Positions 26,235 through 39,232 of a DNA stretch of 64,000 bases are shown piece after piece. The stretch is from Octopus sinensis (taxonomy: Eukaryota): positions 95,418,001-95,482,000 of the forward strand of contig NC_042998.1 in the NCBI RefSeq assembly GCF_006345805.1, in the 5' to 3' direction. The notes under the pieces were generated by a model. The model ran no database searches, was not told the origin of the DNA, and saw only the letters and a program-made list of their open reading frames with translations. Numbering within the stretch: the stretch's first letter is position 1; every line of letters starts with the position of its first letter. The translations under genes and the position numbers were made by a program.

Positions 26235-28440
26235 TTGTAAGTATATATCTATGTATGTATGTATATGTCAACAACCTTTGTGAATGCTGGGATGTGGATT
26301 CTAACTTTTACACAGAGATTTTGAATGTTTAGGGATTTTTGTCCACTTGTGTTGGTGCCATGTAACAGCATCCATGCAAATACCAGATAAAAAGCAACCC
26401 GTGCACTCTGTAAAGTAGTTGGCATTAACAAGGGCATCCAGATATAGAAAGCATGCCAAAGTAGACAATTGGAGTCTGAGCAGCACTCCAGCTGGCCAGG
26501 TCCTGTGAAACTGTCCAACCCATGCCAGTATGAAAAATGAACTCAAAATGATGATGATGATGATAATAATGATGATGATGAAAACAATCAGGATATTGTA
26601 ATTTTAAGGCAAAGACTACAATTTTGAAATATCATTCATGGGAGGAATATATAGTAGCCTAAAAGGAATAGCAGAATAATAGTACATTCGAACAAATTCA
26701 TATTATAAGTAAAGTTGCATTAAAACTTAATTAAAAAAGATCATAGCTAACGACATCTAAAGTTATTGGAGACCATATTTTGAAGTTATGTGACAAAAAG
26801 GAGAATAATATGAACAAAAGTTAGCCCAAAACTGTTTTTCTGTGAAATATGAAGCAATGAATGCAACTGTGTGACATTTAAGTGTGGAAAATAGGAAAGT
26901 GGTGTTATAAATTACAAACTGAAATAAATATAATTTAAAGGAAATATTATGATTCTAGTTTCTCTGATATTTCAAATAAAAGTTTTATCTATTGCACAAA
27001 ATATGTTAATAATTTGTAAAGGACCTGAGGATAAATGTACTTAATTTATTATTTAATATTTTTTTTAAGAACAATTTCTTGGCAACAACTTGAGTATTCT
27101 TTTACTCTTTTACTTGTTTCAGTCATTTGACTGCGTCCATGCTGGAGCACTGCCTTTAGTCAAGCAAATTGACACCAGAACTTATTCTTTGTAAGCCTAG
27201 TATTTATTCTATAGGTCTGTTTTGCTGAACCACTAAGTTATGGGGACGTAAACACACCAGCACCGGTTGTCAAGCGATGTTGAGTGGACAATCACAGACA
27301 CACAAACATATACACATACATATATATATATATATAATATATATATACTTGTAAGTATATATCTATGTATGTATGTATATGTCAACAACCTTTGTGAATG
27401 CTGGGATGTGGATTCTAACTTTTACACAGAGATTTTGAATGTTTAGGGATTTTTGTCCACTTGTGTTGGTGCCATGTAACAGCATCCATGCAAATACCAG
27501 ATAAAAAGCAACCCGTGCACTCTGTAAAGTAGTTGGCATTAACAAGGGCATCCAGATATAGAAAGCATGCCAAAGTAGACAATTGGAGTCTGAGCAGCAC
27601 TCCAGCTGGCCAGGTCCTGTGAAACTGTCCAACCCATGCCAGTATGAAAAATGAACTCAAAATGATGATGATGATGATAATAATGATGATGATGAAAACA
27701 ATCAGGATATTGTAATTTTAAGGCAAAGACTTACAATTTTGAAATATCATTCATGGGAGGAATATATAGTAGCCTAAAAGGAATAGCAGAATAATAGTAC
27801 ATTCGAACAAATTCATATTATAAGTAAAGTTGCATTAAAACTTAATTAAAAAAGATCATAGCTAACGACATCTAAAGTTATTGGAGACCATATTTTGAAG
27901 TTATGTGACAAAAAGGAGAATAATATGAACAAAAGTTAGCCCAAAACTGTTTTTCTGTGAAATATGAAGCAATGAATGCAACTGTGTGACATTTAAGTGT
28001 GGAAAATAGGAAAGTGGTGTTATAAATTACAAACTGAAATAAATATAATTTAAAGGAAATATTATGATTCTAGTTTCTCTTGATATTTCAAATAAAAGTT
28101 TTATCTATTGCACAAAATATGTTAATAATTTGTAAAGGACCTGAGGATAAATGTACTTAATTTATTATTTAATATTTTTTTTAAGAACAATTTCTTGGCA
28201 ACAACTTGAGTATTCTTTTACTCTTTTACTTGTTTCAGTCATTTGACTGCGTCCATGCTGGAGCACTGCCTTTAGTCAAGCAAATTGACACCAGAACTTA
28301 TTCTTTGTAAGCCTAGTATTTATTCTATAGGTCTGTTTTGCTGAACCACTAAGTTATGGGGACGTAAACACACCAGCACCGGTTGTCAAGCGATGTTGAG
28401 TGGACAATCACAGACACACAAACATATACACATACATATA

Positions 28441-28460
<20 letters not shown>
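26230..28460. repeat. Near-identical tandem duplication, unit about 1.11 kb
   Basis: ORFs 26249-26518 and 27363-27632 are identical (offset 1114). Only two 1-nt indels were noticed; breakpoints lie in (TA)n. Confidence 0.95.
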
Positions 28461-28485
<25 letters not shown>

Positions 28486-28652
28486 TATATGACAGGCTTC
28501 TTTCAGTTTCTGTCTACCAAATCCACTCACAAGACTTTGGTTGGCCTGAGGCTAGAGTAGAAGATACTTGCCCAAGGTGCCACGCAGTGGGTCTGAACCT
28601 GGAACCATGTGGCTAGTAAGCAAGCTACTTACACACAGCCACTCCTGCGCCT
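28212..28652 (-). mobile_element. SINE family A, full length (its 3' half is duplicated at 27095-27320)
   Basis: Head and tail present. Confidence 0.9.
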
Positions 28653-29493
28653 ATAGTAGAAGATGCTTCTTTAATATAGTTAAAAGTAACCACCTTAGAA
28701 ATTAGTGTCACTTAGCTTATTACTTTAGCACAGGTGCCAACACATTAGCTTTCCAGATTTATCAATAAAATAAACTTTTACATATAAACAATTTTATGGC
28801 TAATTTTAATGCTAAATTTTGTAAATTAGATCACCTCATTCCAAGACAGTAAACAATTTAGTGACCCATACTGAAACTATGTTTATAATAGATAAAATGT
28901 TGTGTACATTATAACCTATAGAATGTCAACCATTTGTTTAAAATCTCCTGAAAAATTTTACATAGAAACATTGTCAAGAATGCCAGAAATTCAGTGAGAA
29001 TTTTTTCATGTACAGATGTGAAATGGATTAGGATATCTTAGATATTTTAATAAATGTGTGACAAGAGGGACCAGTCCTTGATCTTACTGCTGAACTTTTC
29101 ATTAGAAGAGAATTAAATTTATTAACATCTATAGGCTTAGACATAGCTGTGTGGTTAAGACGCTCACTTTGTACCCACTTAGTTTCAGGTTCAGTCCCAC
29201 TGTGTGGCACCTTGGGCAAGCGTCTTCTACTGTAGCCCTGGGCCAACCAATGCCTTGTTAATGAATTCGCTAGATGGTAACTGAGTAAAAGCCCATTGTA
29301 TGTATAAATACACATGCCTGTGTTTGTGTCTGTGTGTTTGTTTTGCACTACCACCACTTGACAGCCAGTGTGAGTTTGTTTACATTCCTGTAATGTAGCA
29401 GATTGGGAAAAGAGACTGATAGAATAAGTATCAAACTCAGAAAATAAGAACTGGGGTCAATTTACATTATTTAAATTATTTACATTTGCCCAC

Positions 29494-29580
29494 AGGCATA
29501 TGGTGTAGTGGTTAAGAGCATGGGCTACTAACCCCAAGATGCCGAGTTCGATTCCAGACAGTGACCTGAATAATAATAAT
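29494..29580 (+). mobile_element. Short tRNA-derived SINE or tRNA pseudogene with (AAT)n tail
   Basis: A box TGGTGTAGTGG (29501), B box GAGTTCGATTCC (29544), anticodon-like loop CT-ACT-AA; acceptor stem does not pair; (AAT)n tail. Confidence 0.7.
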
Positions 29581-30479
29581 TTTTTTTTTTTTTTTTGTGG
29601 ACTTGCAAAACCCTAAAACTTTCTATGAAAATCTGACTTTTCTTTGCTTCCTCCCTGAATATTCAAATATAAATGTAAACATATACTTTTTATTGTAAAA
29701 ACACACGTGTTCTTCTAACTGGACATACAAACATCTCTAGAAAAGTCAACTTCAACCTCCACAATATTACCTTACAGGAAATATACAAACACTTTTTATT
29801 GCAATAACACAAACGCACATGGAAAAAAAATGATGATGCTAAGATTCTCTCTGGTCCAACACAACTTCTCTATTCACAAACAATACAGAACATTCCCTTC
29901 CTTAATTTTTCTTAAGCCTAATAGTAGTAAACATCTGAACTTTTTTTGACTGATAGGACCCACTAAAAAAAAAAAAAAAAAAAAATATCACTGATGGTGA
30001 TGATGATAATAATGATAGTAATAGTGCTGATAATCTATCTACACACACACACACACACTCAAAGAGTTCAACCAACACAAACCTCACCTCCACTCTATTG
30101 TTAACCAAATATGAAAGTATTATTTGACAGGCAAGAACTCTGGCATTGAAGACAGTCAGCCAGCCAACCACCAAGCCAGCCAACAAGACAGACAGACACT
30201 ACTGTGATGGTGATAATGATAAAAAAACAAAAATAACAATAAGATACTGCTGTGACTACACATAAAACAATATCATTGATGATGATGGTGGTGATGGTGA
30301 TGGTGATGATAACGATGATGGTGATGGTGGTGATAATGATGATAGTGATAGTAATGGTGATGATAACAATAATAAGCCTACTACAGGTGCTATAATGGTA
30401 CAATTATAATTGTAATGGCAATGATGGCCGTCTCCCCACCAGCCAATCAAAGCTAAAAAATGATAACATTATCATAGCA

Positions 30480-33400
30480 CCAAAATGTTTTTGGAAACTA
30501 AAAGGAAAACTAAATCAGTATACCAAATCGCTTGTCCTATGGTTAATCTGGAAGCGCGTCCCCCAGGGAAGAGTCAGCCTGGGATCGAAAAGTCATCAAC
30601 TGGCACAAACTCTTCTCCAAATACGGACATGGATGGTCACTTGAACGGGAAATCCCCCAACTCGAGCCCTCCAAGTTCACCACCACAACCACCACAGAAA
30701 GAAAAATGTAAGCGGAACAAATGGACCCGAGAAGAGTATAAAGAAGTAATATACGCTATTACTATGCATTAGGTAGGCCATCTCAAGAGAGACACACCGC
30801 AAACTCTTACAGTATATGGAGAACACGGAATCAAGACAGTAGGCCCTTTGGACGAGAACAAATTAGCAAATGTGAGGAGGGATATCCTTAGAAATAACAG
30901 ACTCACAGACAGTGAAATAAGCGCGATCAAGCACGCAACGGAAAATTACATAATATAAGACACAAGGAAATGAAGAATCAGATGAACAGTATAGCCCGCC
31001 ACGAGGCTTAATTGAAAGACTGCCATCTGACCAAAGTACGCAAAGGCCTGAAGATACAAGAAATTCTATTGTACCTGTTAAAGATAGCCAGGAAAACGAA
31101 AAAACAACAGTAACTGAAGATCTCGCATTTGCTGAAGAACACAGAGAGTCTATGGCAGAAATGAGGCAGAAAATCCTGAATACGCTTGAAGTTGTAAGAC
31201 ATACAAGTATGAATGATAGAGAACCACTTCATAAACTCTCAAATACAACCAAAATAAAAACAAATCCAAATTGGCAACTATGTAACAAATGAAATAATAC
31301 GAGAATTAAAACCTGATTTTACTGAGTTAAATGAAATTATTTACGCTTCTGCTAGGGCAATTGAAACCAGCTGTATGCCCCCGAAAAAACAAAGAAAACA
31401 AAATCTGGGAAGAAATCAAACCTGGAGAAGTAAAATTGAAAAAGGGATTGAATTTATGAGAGGGGAAATATCAATATTAAATGAACTAATATGTGGAAAT
31501 GATGTAAGATCCAGAACAGGAAGAAAGATGAAGAGAAAATTTGGATCCTCACCAAGAGAAGAACTGATATCAATAAAAGAAACGCTGAAACAAAAAGTCC
31601 AAGCAAAAGCCCAAAGAATACGAAGATTTGAGAAGAGAAACAAGTTTTACAAGCAAAATAAGCTGTTCACATCCAATGCCAAAAAATTCTACAGAGAAAT
31701 AGGGAAGGAGAAAGTAACCGTTAAAGACCCCCCTCCCATGGAAGAAGTTCAAAACTTTTGGAAAAAGATTTGGAGAGACAAGAAGACGTACAACATAAAT
31801 GCAGACTGGATTATACAAACTGAAGGATCTACCAAAATTTACAACAACAAGCATGGGAAGACATCACAATAGCAGACCTAAGAAAGGCACTCACGAAGGC
31901 CCATAATTGGAAATCCCCCGGTAAAGATAGGGTGCCGAATTTCTGGCTCGCATCGCTCCCATGCGCACACGGTAAGCTAGTTCAGCTGCTCAATGGAATT
32001 ATGAGAGAGACCCAAAGAAAACACCAGAATGGTTAGCAAGTGGCATTACTTACCTACTCCCAAAGAATAACGAAACCAACCTTCCAAAAAACTATCGGCC
32101 TATAACCTGTCTATCCACCACGTATAAAATCCTAACATCTATCCTGGCGGAGAAAACATATGCATTCATGGAGAAGAACGATATTTTCCCCATCGACAAA
32201 AAGGGTGCCGCCGAGGCTCTTACGGATGCAAAGATCAACTGCTAATCAATCGTATGATCCTTGAGAACTGTCACAACAAGCGCAGAAATCTCAGCACCGC
32301 ATGGATTGACTATAAAAAGGCCTTCGACAGTATACCGCATCCATGGATCTTGAGATCGCTGGACATCTTCAAAATTTCCCCCGTGATTTCAAACTTCCTG
32401 AAGCACATATGTCGTTGTGGAATACGAATCTCCAATTATACCACTCTAATGGAGTACTTGCCTCAGAAAATATAAACATCAACTGTGGAATTTTTCAAGG
32501 TGACTCACTTTCACCTTTAATATTCTGCATAGCCCTAATACCCCTTACAAGTGAATTAAACAGAACAGGTATGGGTATAAAATTGCCAATAAAAAAATAA
32601 GCCATCTATTTTATATGGATGACTTAAAACTTTATGGTAAAGACAATAATGAACTTGAAGCCTATTGCGCACCGTGAAAGCATTCAGCGATGACATCGGG
32701 ATGGAGTTTGGACTTGAGAAGTGTGCCAAGGCCACTTTCCAGAAAGGGAAAGTGAAGACCACAAATCGTCGTGTTAGATGTTGACACAGTCATAAGAGAG
32801 CTTGAGCAAGAACAAACATACAAATATTTAGGGATAAATGAAGGCTCTGGTATTCAGCATGCAAGCATGAAAGAGAAGATCAGGAAGGAATGTTATAGGA
32901 GAGTTCGTGCAGTCCTGAAATCTGAACTAAATGCACGTAACAAGGTGTTAGCTATAAATTCCTTAGCAGTTCCAGTTGTTAATTATAGCTACAATGTGTT
33001 GAACTGGAATATGAGTGAAGTAAAGAATATAGATAGGAAAGTACGCAAGCTGCTGAGTTGTAATAGGATGCACCACCCAAAGGCAGACGTAGATCGCCTT
33101 TACCTTTCCAGAGCCCAAGGAGGTCGAGGCCTGATCCAATTTGAACTAGCTTACAAAACAACCACAATTGGACTGGCCAAATATCTCGAAATATCGAATG
33201 ACTGGATGCTAAAGCTCGTGGAAAATCACGAGAGACGAAAGAAGCTTCATTCTATCATAAAGGAAAGCAAAAAATTTGCTATTGATCTCATGCAGGATAC
33301 CCAAACTAAACAACCCGAGGTAAGTACGGCAACTATTGTTGCAACGAAGGTGAAAATGATGGCAACGAAAAAAGCGCACGAGCAATTGGCTGATAGGTGG

Positions 33401-34330
33401 GAGGAGAAACCTCTGCACGGCAAATATGTGACCCGCAGCAAACAAGCTGATGTTGACCAGAAGCAAACCCATCAGTGGCTATGGAGCTCAGGGCTAAAAG
33501 CAGAGAGCAAAGGTTTCATCCTGGCTGCTCAAGATCAAAGCCTATTAACCCGGAACTACCAGGCCAATGTGATGAAAATGGAGCAGACCCAAAATGCCGA
33601 TTCTGCAACGACATGATTGAAACAGTGGACCATCTAATCTCTGGATGTAAAGTCTTAGCACCAGTGGAGTATAAATTAAGACATGACAGAGTTGGCCAAT
33701 ATCTACACTGGCTAATAAGTCGGCATTACAATATCAACTGCCGACAAGTGGTATAATCACCACCCTGAGCTGTAACTGAAGGAGAAAATGTAACCATTCT
33801 GTGGGACTTTCCAGTACATACAGACCGAACCATCAAGGCCAATAACCAGATATTGTTGTGAAAGACCAAAACAATAAAGTTTGCTTATTGATCGACATGA
33901 GCATCCCCTGTGATCATAATATCTCAGCGAAAGAGTTTGACAAGCTCAGAAAATATAAAGACCTACTCATTGAAATTGAGAAAATGTGGCATCTCAAGGC
34001 GTTACAATACCAGTGATCATAGGAGCACTAGGAATGATCAAGAAGGGAACCCAAAAAATATGAGAATGATCCCTGGCTTACCATCCCTGCAAGAAGTGCA
34101 AAAGATTGTCTTAACTGGTACATCACACGTATTGAGAAGAGCATTGTCGATGTGAAAACTGTTGCTGCTCATGTATTTTAATTTAACTTAAAAAAAAAAA
34201 AAAAAAAAAAATGAACGAACTATTGAGTTTGGTTTAATGGCCTACCAATGTATACTATGAGTTTCTTTGCCCTAGGAGTCGGGAAGACACTCGGCAAGAA
34301 ATGGAAGCAAATTTGAAAGAAGAAAAAAAA
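30480..34330 (+). mobile_element. R4/Dong-clade non-LTR retrotransposon, near full length, disabled by frameshifts and stops
   Basis: N-term KRNKWTREEYKEV; RT motifs AWIDYKKAFDSIPH, GIFQGDSLSPLIF and YMDDLKLY; CCHC CRFCNDMIETVDHLISGC; RLE ILWDFPVHTDRTIKAN.PDIVV...IDMSIP; ends RRALSM* at 34155; 3' UTR followed by (TAA)n(CAA)n. Confidence 0.92.
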
Positions 34331-34374
34331 AAGTAATAATAATAATAATAATAATAACAACAACAACAACAACA

Positions 34375-34550
34375 ACATTGAAATATACCTTAGGAATGAG
34401 AACCTAGGTTTGAAATTTCCCCAAGACACCTGATGAAGGCTGGAGAGTATATCAACCGAAACGTGTTAACAACAAACAAGATGAGGACAAATATCCATCA
34501 ATAATGTAAATAATGTACATAATTCCTCACCTCTTAAATATAGAACTGAG
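34375..34550 (+). mobile_element. Short PLE-type terminal repeat carrying a degenerate hammerhead motif
   Basis: ACAC-CTGATGA-A-GGCTG(10 nt)CAACC-GAAA-CGTGTT at 34426-34467. Confidence 0.6.
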
Positions 34551-35099
34551 GTCAATTTGTTCAACTAGACACTTTAAAAGATGCTCCAGCATGGCTGTAG
34601 TTCAATAACTGAAACAAGTAAGAGGTAAAAGATCATATTCATTGATTACTCACCTACATCCTTCAACACATATAACCTCTCCCAGGTCTTATCCTAATGC
34701 TGCTACTACAGAGGCCAATTCATATGCTTTTCTGAATTTTCTGTATGCAGGAGTGGCTGTGTGGTAAGTAGCTTGCTTACCAGCCACATGACTCCGGGTT
34801 CAGTCCCATTGCTTGGTATCTTGGGCAAATGTTTTCTACCATAGCCTCAGGCCAACCAAAGCCTTGTGAGTGGATTTGGTAGACGGAAACTGAAAGGAGC
34901 CTGTCATACATATATATATAAGATCTCAGAACACTCCCCAAATTGCATGCATAAGAATTATGCAAACTACAAGAACTATAGACCTACCCGGCAACCAGAT
35001 TGATGACACCCCACCCACAAACCCCCCAATCCCACCGTTCCCCTAGCACCCCCGATTACCTTTTCTCCTAAGACCTTTCACATATTGTATGTGCACGCT

Positions 35100-35583
35100 T
35101 GTATATGTGTATCGTATATATGTATAGAAATGTATGGGTATAGTAGGAATATACGCATGTATTATGTGTGTGTGTGTGTATGTATGTAAAAAAAAATATA
35201 TATATGTATGTGTGTGTGTGTGTGTATATATGTATATATGTATATATGTGTGTATGCATATGTATGTGTATATGTATGTGTGTATGTATGTGTATGTATA
35301 TATAAAATATTATATAATTAGGGCTTAGTAAAATAAATTACTTTGCCACATACTGAACTTTCTAGAAATAGCAGCCAAAAAAGTTTTTTTAGCCATTTCC
35401 ACTACTTAAGAAAATTTTCTCTCAGACAATGTTTACTCAAAAAAATAATGGTCCTTTACATAGAATACTGGGTGTGGTGAAATTGATTAATAACTAATTA
35501 ACTTACCCTCAATTGTTGATATATATATATGTATATATATATATGTATATATGTGTATGTATATATATATATATGTATGTGTA

Positions 35584-35614
<31 letters not shown>

Positions 35615-36054
35615 GTGTGTGTGTACATATATTTGTGTATGTATATATATATGTGTATATGTATGTGTATGTGTATATATATATATATATATAAGTGTAC
35701 GCGAGTATGTCGATGTATATGTAGGTATGTAAAGTTATGTGTATGTGCATGTATGTGTGTGTATATACAGATTGTAGATGGGTATATATATGTGTGTGTA
35801 TATATACATATATATGTGTATATATATATGTGTGTGTATATATGTATATATGTATATGTGGGTATGTAGAGTTATACGTATGTGCATGTGTATGTGTATG
35901 TATATATATATAAGTATGTGTATGTGTATGTATGTATATATATGTGTGTGTGTGAGTATGTGTGTATATGTATGTATATATGTATATATGTGTGTATGTG
36001 TAGGTGTGGGTATATATATATATGTATGTATATATATATATATGTGTATATGTG

Positions 36055-36097
<43 letters not shown>

Positions 36098-36491
36098 GTG
36101 AATATGTGTGTGTATGTGTACATATGTGTAATGTGTGTATATGTATAGTATATATGTATATATATATATATATAAGTGTGTTGTGTAATTGTGTGGTGTA
36201 TATATGTATATGTAAGTGTGTGTGTGGTGTATGAGTATGTATGTATTTTGCACAAATGTATATATTTATATATATTATATATATATATAATATATATATA
36301 TATATTTATTATATAGAAGGAGCTTCTACAGGACTAGAACTGTTTCATTCAAGAGAAATCTTCGAAGATTTATCTTGAATGAAACAGTTCTAGTCCTGTA
36401 GAAGCTCCTTCTATATAATAAATTAATTTACTCTGCTATGTATTGAGTACCTTATTTACTGTGGTTAACCCCAAATCAACCCGGGACCTAC

Positions 36492-36522
<31 letters not shown>

Positions 36523-36631
36523 ATATTGTATGTATATGTATGTGTGTGTGTATGTATATATGTAATGTGTGTGTGTGTATGTGTGCATATGTATGTGTAT
36601 GTGTATGTATATGTATGTATATATATATGTG

Positions 36632-36681
<50 letters not shown>

Positions 36682-36732
36682 GTGTGTATGTGTATGTGTG
36701 TGTATGCATATGTATGTATATGTGTGTGTGTA

Positions 36733-36784
<52 letters not shown>

Positions 36785-36938
36785 TATATGTATATGTGTG
36801 TGTATGTATATGTATGTATGTATATATGTGTGTGTATGTGTATGTGTATATGTACATATACGTGTACGCTCGTGTGTTTATGTATATGTAGGTACGTAGA
36901 GTTATGTACGTGTGTATGTATATGTACATATGTGTAAG

Positions 36939-37011
<73 letters not shown>

Positions 37012-37361
37012 AAGTTTATATGTATGTATCCGTCTGTATAATAGTTAACTGCACGTATATATACTTAATATTTATTATTTATTTTTTGAGTATGCATGTA
37101 TGTATATGAATAACTGCACGTATATATATTTTATTATTTATTTTTTGAGTATGCATGTAAGTATGCATGTAAGTATGTGTGTGTGTGTGTATGTGTAAGC
37201 ATATGTATAGATATATGTATACTTTTACGCATGTGTGTACTTATGTGTATATATGGATGCGCGCGTGTGTGTGTGTATGGGTATGCATGTATATGTGTAT
37301 GTGTGTGTATGTGTATATGTGTATGTATGTGTGTGTGTATATATGTATGTATGTATATGTA

Positions 37362-37414
<53 letters not shown>

Positions 37415-37544
37415 ATATATATGTGTATGTGTATGTATGTGTGTGTGTATGCATGCGCGTATATGTATGTATATGTATACGTGTGGGTGTGTGTATGTGT
37501 ATATATGTATGTATGTATGGGTGTATGTATGTATGTATATATAC

Positions 37545-37610
<66 letters not shown>

Positions 37611-37993
37611 TTGTATGTAGGTGTATATGTATGTGTGTATATATATTTATCGGTGTATATGTAAACATGAATCTGTAGGTACGCGTACGTATGTGTATAT
37701 ATGTGAATGTATGTAGATGTATGTATGTATGAATATAACGCGTACGTGCGTGTATGTGTATGAGTGTACGAATGAGTGAGTGTGCGTGGTAATGAGTGTG
37801 CGTGCGTGAGTGAGTGCTTGTGTTCAAGTAGAAAGATAAATGGACTTGCTGTGTAGCCAAGATGCTTGTGACCAGCGGTCAAAGATAACAAAAGTAATAA
37901 ATGAAGATAATAAAATTAAAATTAGGGAATGGGTTTGTATCTGTATGTATATGTGTGTACGTGTAGGTATGTATAGGTACACATATGTGGATA

Positions 37994-38030
<37 letters not shown>

Positions 38031-38350
38031 ATATGTATATATGTGTATATAGGGACTTGTGTGTTGTGTGTGCATGTGTGTATGTGGATATGTGTGTGTA
38101 TGTGTGTATGTATATATATATATTTTTTTTTTGTGTGTATATGTATGTGTGGTCGTGTGTGTATATATACATGTGTGTGTGTATATGTATATGCATATAT
38201 GTGTGTATATATGTATATATATATATATATGTATGTGTAGATATATGTATGTATATATGTGTGTATGTATATATGTGTGTGTGTGTATGCATGTGTGTAT
38301 GTATATGTGTGTGTGTGTGTGTATATATGTATACATATGTGTATAGGTAT
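35100..38350. repeat. Compound (TA)/(TG)/(TATG)n microsatellite array of about 3.2 kb
   Basis: Read directly; interrupted by a 118-bp palindrome at 36305-36422 and short unique islands. Confidence 0.95.
36305..36491 (+). mobile_element. HHR-family short element with an inverted 5' copy (118-bp palindrome)
   Basis: Arms 36305-36363 and 36364-36422, one mismatch, no spacer; continues as ...GTGGTTAACCCCAAATCAACCCGGGACCTAC(AT)n, matching 38565-38696 and 62226-62362. Confidence 0.85.
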
Positions 38351-38558
38351 AAGTGAGAATCTCCTTATTTACCTAAAACTCTATTCTTCTATATATTTTT
38401 TTATTCTTTTATTTATTCTTTTATCTAATTTACCACTGACTCCTTGACCACTCCCCAAGTATGATATTTTTGCGCTATGCCTACCCCCAAAAAGTCCCCC
38501 ACCACCACCCCTTTAAACCTGCCTAAATGTATAAATGCCAATACAATTCTTGTTAACT

Positions 38559-38609
38559 AGCTTCCTGAAGATTTCTCTTGAATGAAACAGTTCTAGTCCT
38601 GTAGAAGCT
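38559..38609 (+). ncRNA. Type I hammerhead ribozyme motif (GUA cleavage triplet)
   Basis: Stem I AGCTTC/GAAGCT; core CTGAAGA 38565-38571; stem II TTC/GAA with TCTT loop and a U.U closing pair; GAAA 38584-38587; stem III ACAG/CTGT; A17 at 38603. Confidence 0.8.
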
Positions 38610-38959
38610 CCTTCTATATAATAAATTAATTTTACTCTGCTATGTATTGAGTACCTTATTTACTGTGGTTAACCCCGAATCAACCTGGGACCTACATATA
38701 TATATATATATATATGTGTATGTATGTATATATGTATATACATGTGTATGTGCCAGTGTTTGTCTCCTACCTCCTGCATCACCTGACAACCAATACCAAT
38801 GCTGGTGTATTTACATCCCTGTAACTTAGTAGTTTGGCAAAAGTGACTGATAGAATAAGTACTATGCTTGCAAAGAATAAGTTCTGGGGTCAATTTGCTC
38901 AACTAAAGGCGGTGGTCCTGCATGGTCATAGTCAAATGACTGAAACAAATAAAAGAATA

Positions 38960-38990
<31 letters not shown>

Positions 38991-39232
38991 TGTATGCATT
39001 GATAGAAATGGCATGACAACAAAAGAATGAAGGAGACCTCGATATTGTGTAAATAGAGGAATTTATCTGTAAATATAATATGTGACAATTATTCAGTAGC
39101 CATGATAAAACTCTTGAGTTATTGTCACATAATATACTGAATAGTTGTCGCATATTATATTTGCATATATATATATATATATATATATGTATAGTAAAGC
39201 AAGTAGCCACATCAAAGTGGCAGATGAAAATT

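Noticed and set aside
29494-29580. Functional tRNA-Ser gene
   Set aside because: The acceptor and anticodon stems do not pair fully, and it ends in an (AAT)n tail rather than a T-run terminator. Treated as a SINE or pseudogene.
30480-30620. HDV-like ribozyme at the R4 5' end
   Set aside because: I could not build the nested double pseudoknot by eye; a covariance-model search is needed.
35005-35055. C-run cluster (possible G-quadruplex on the minus strand), also about 38480-38515
   Set aside because: No contextual evidence of function; such runs are expected occasionally in repeat tails.
35068-38447. Many long ORFs ([12 protein letters not shown]-rich)
   Set aside because: Translations of dinucleotide microsatellites. 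The same applies to similar ORFs throughout the window (e.g. 50846-51096, 62856-63568).
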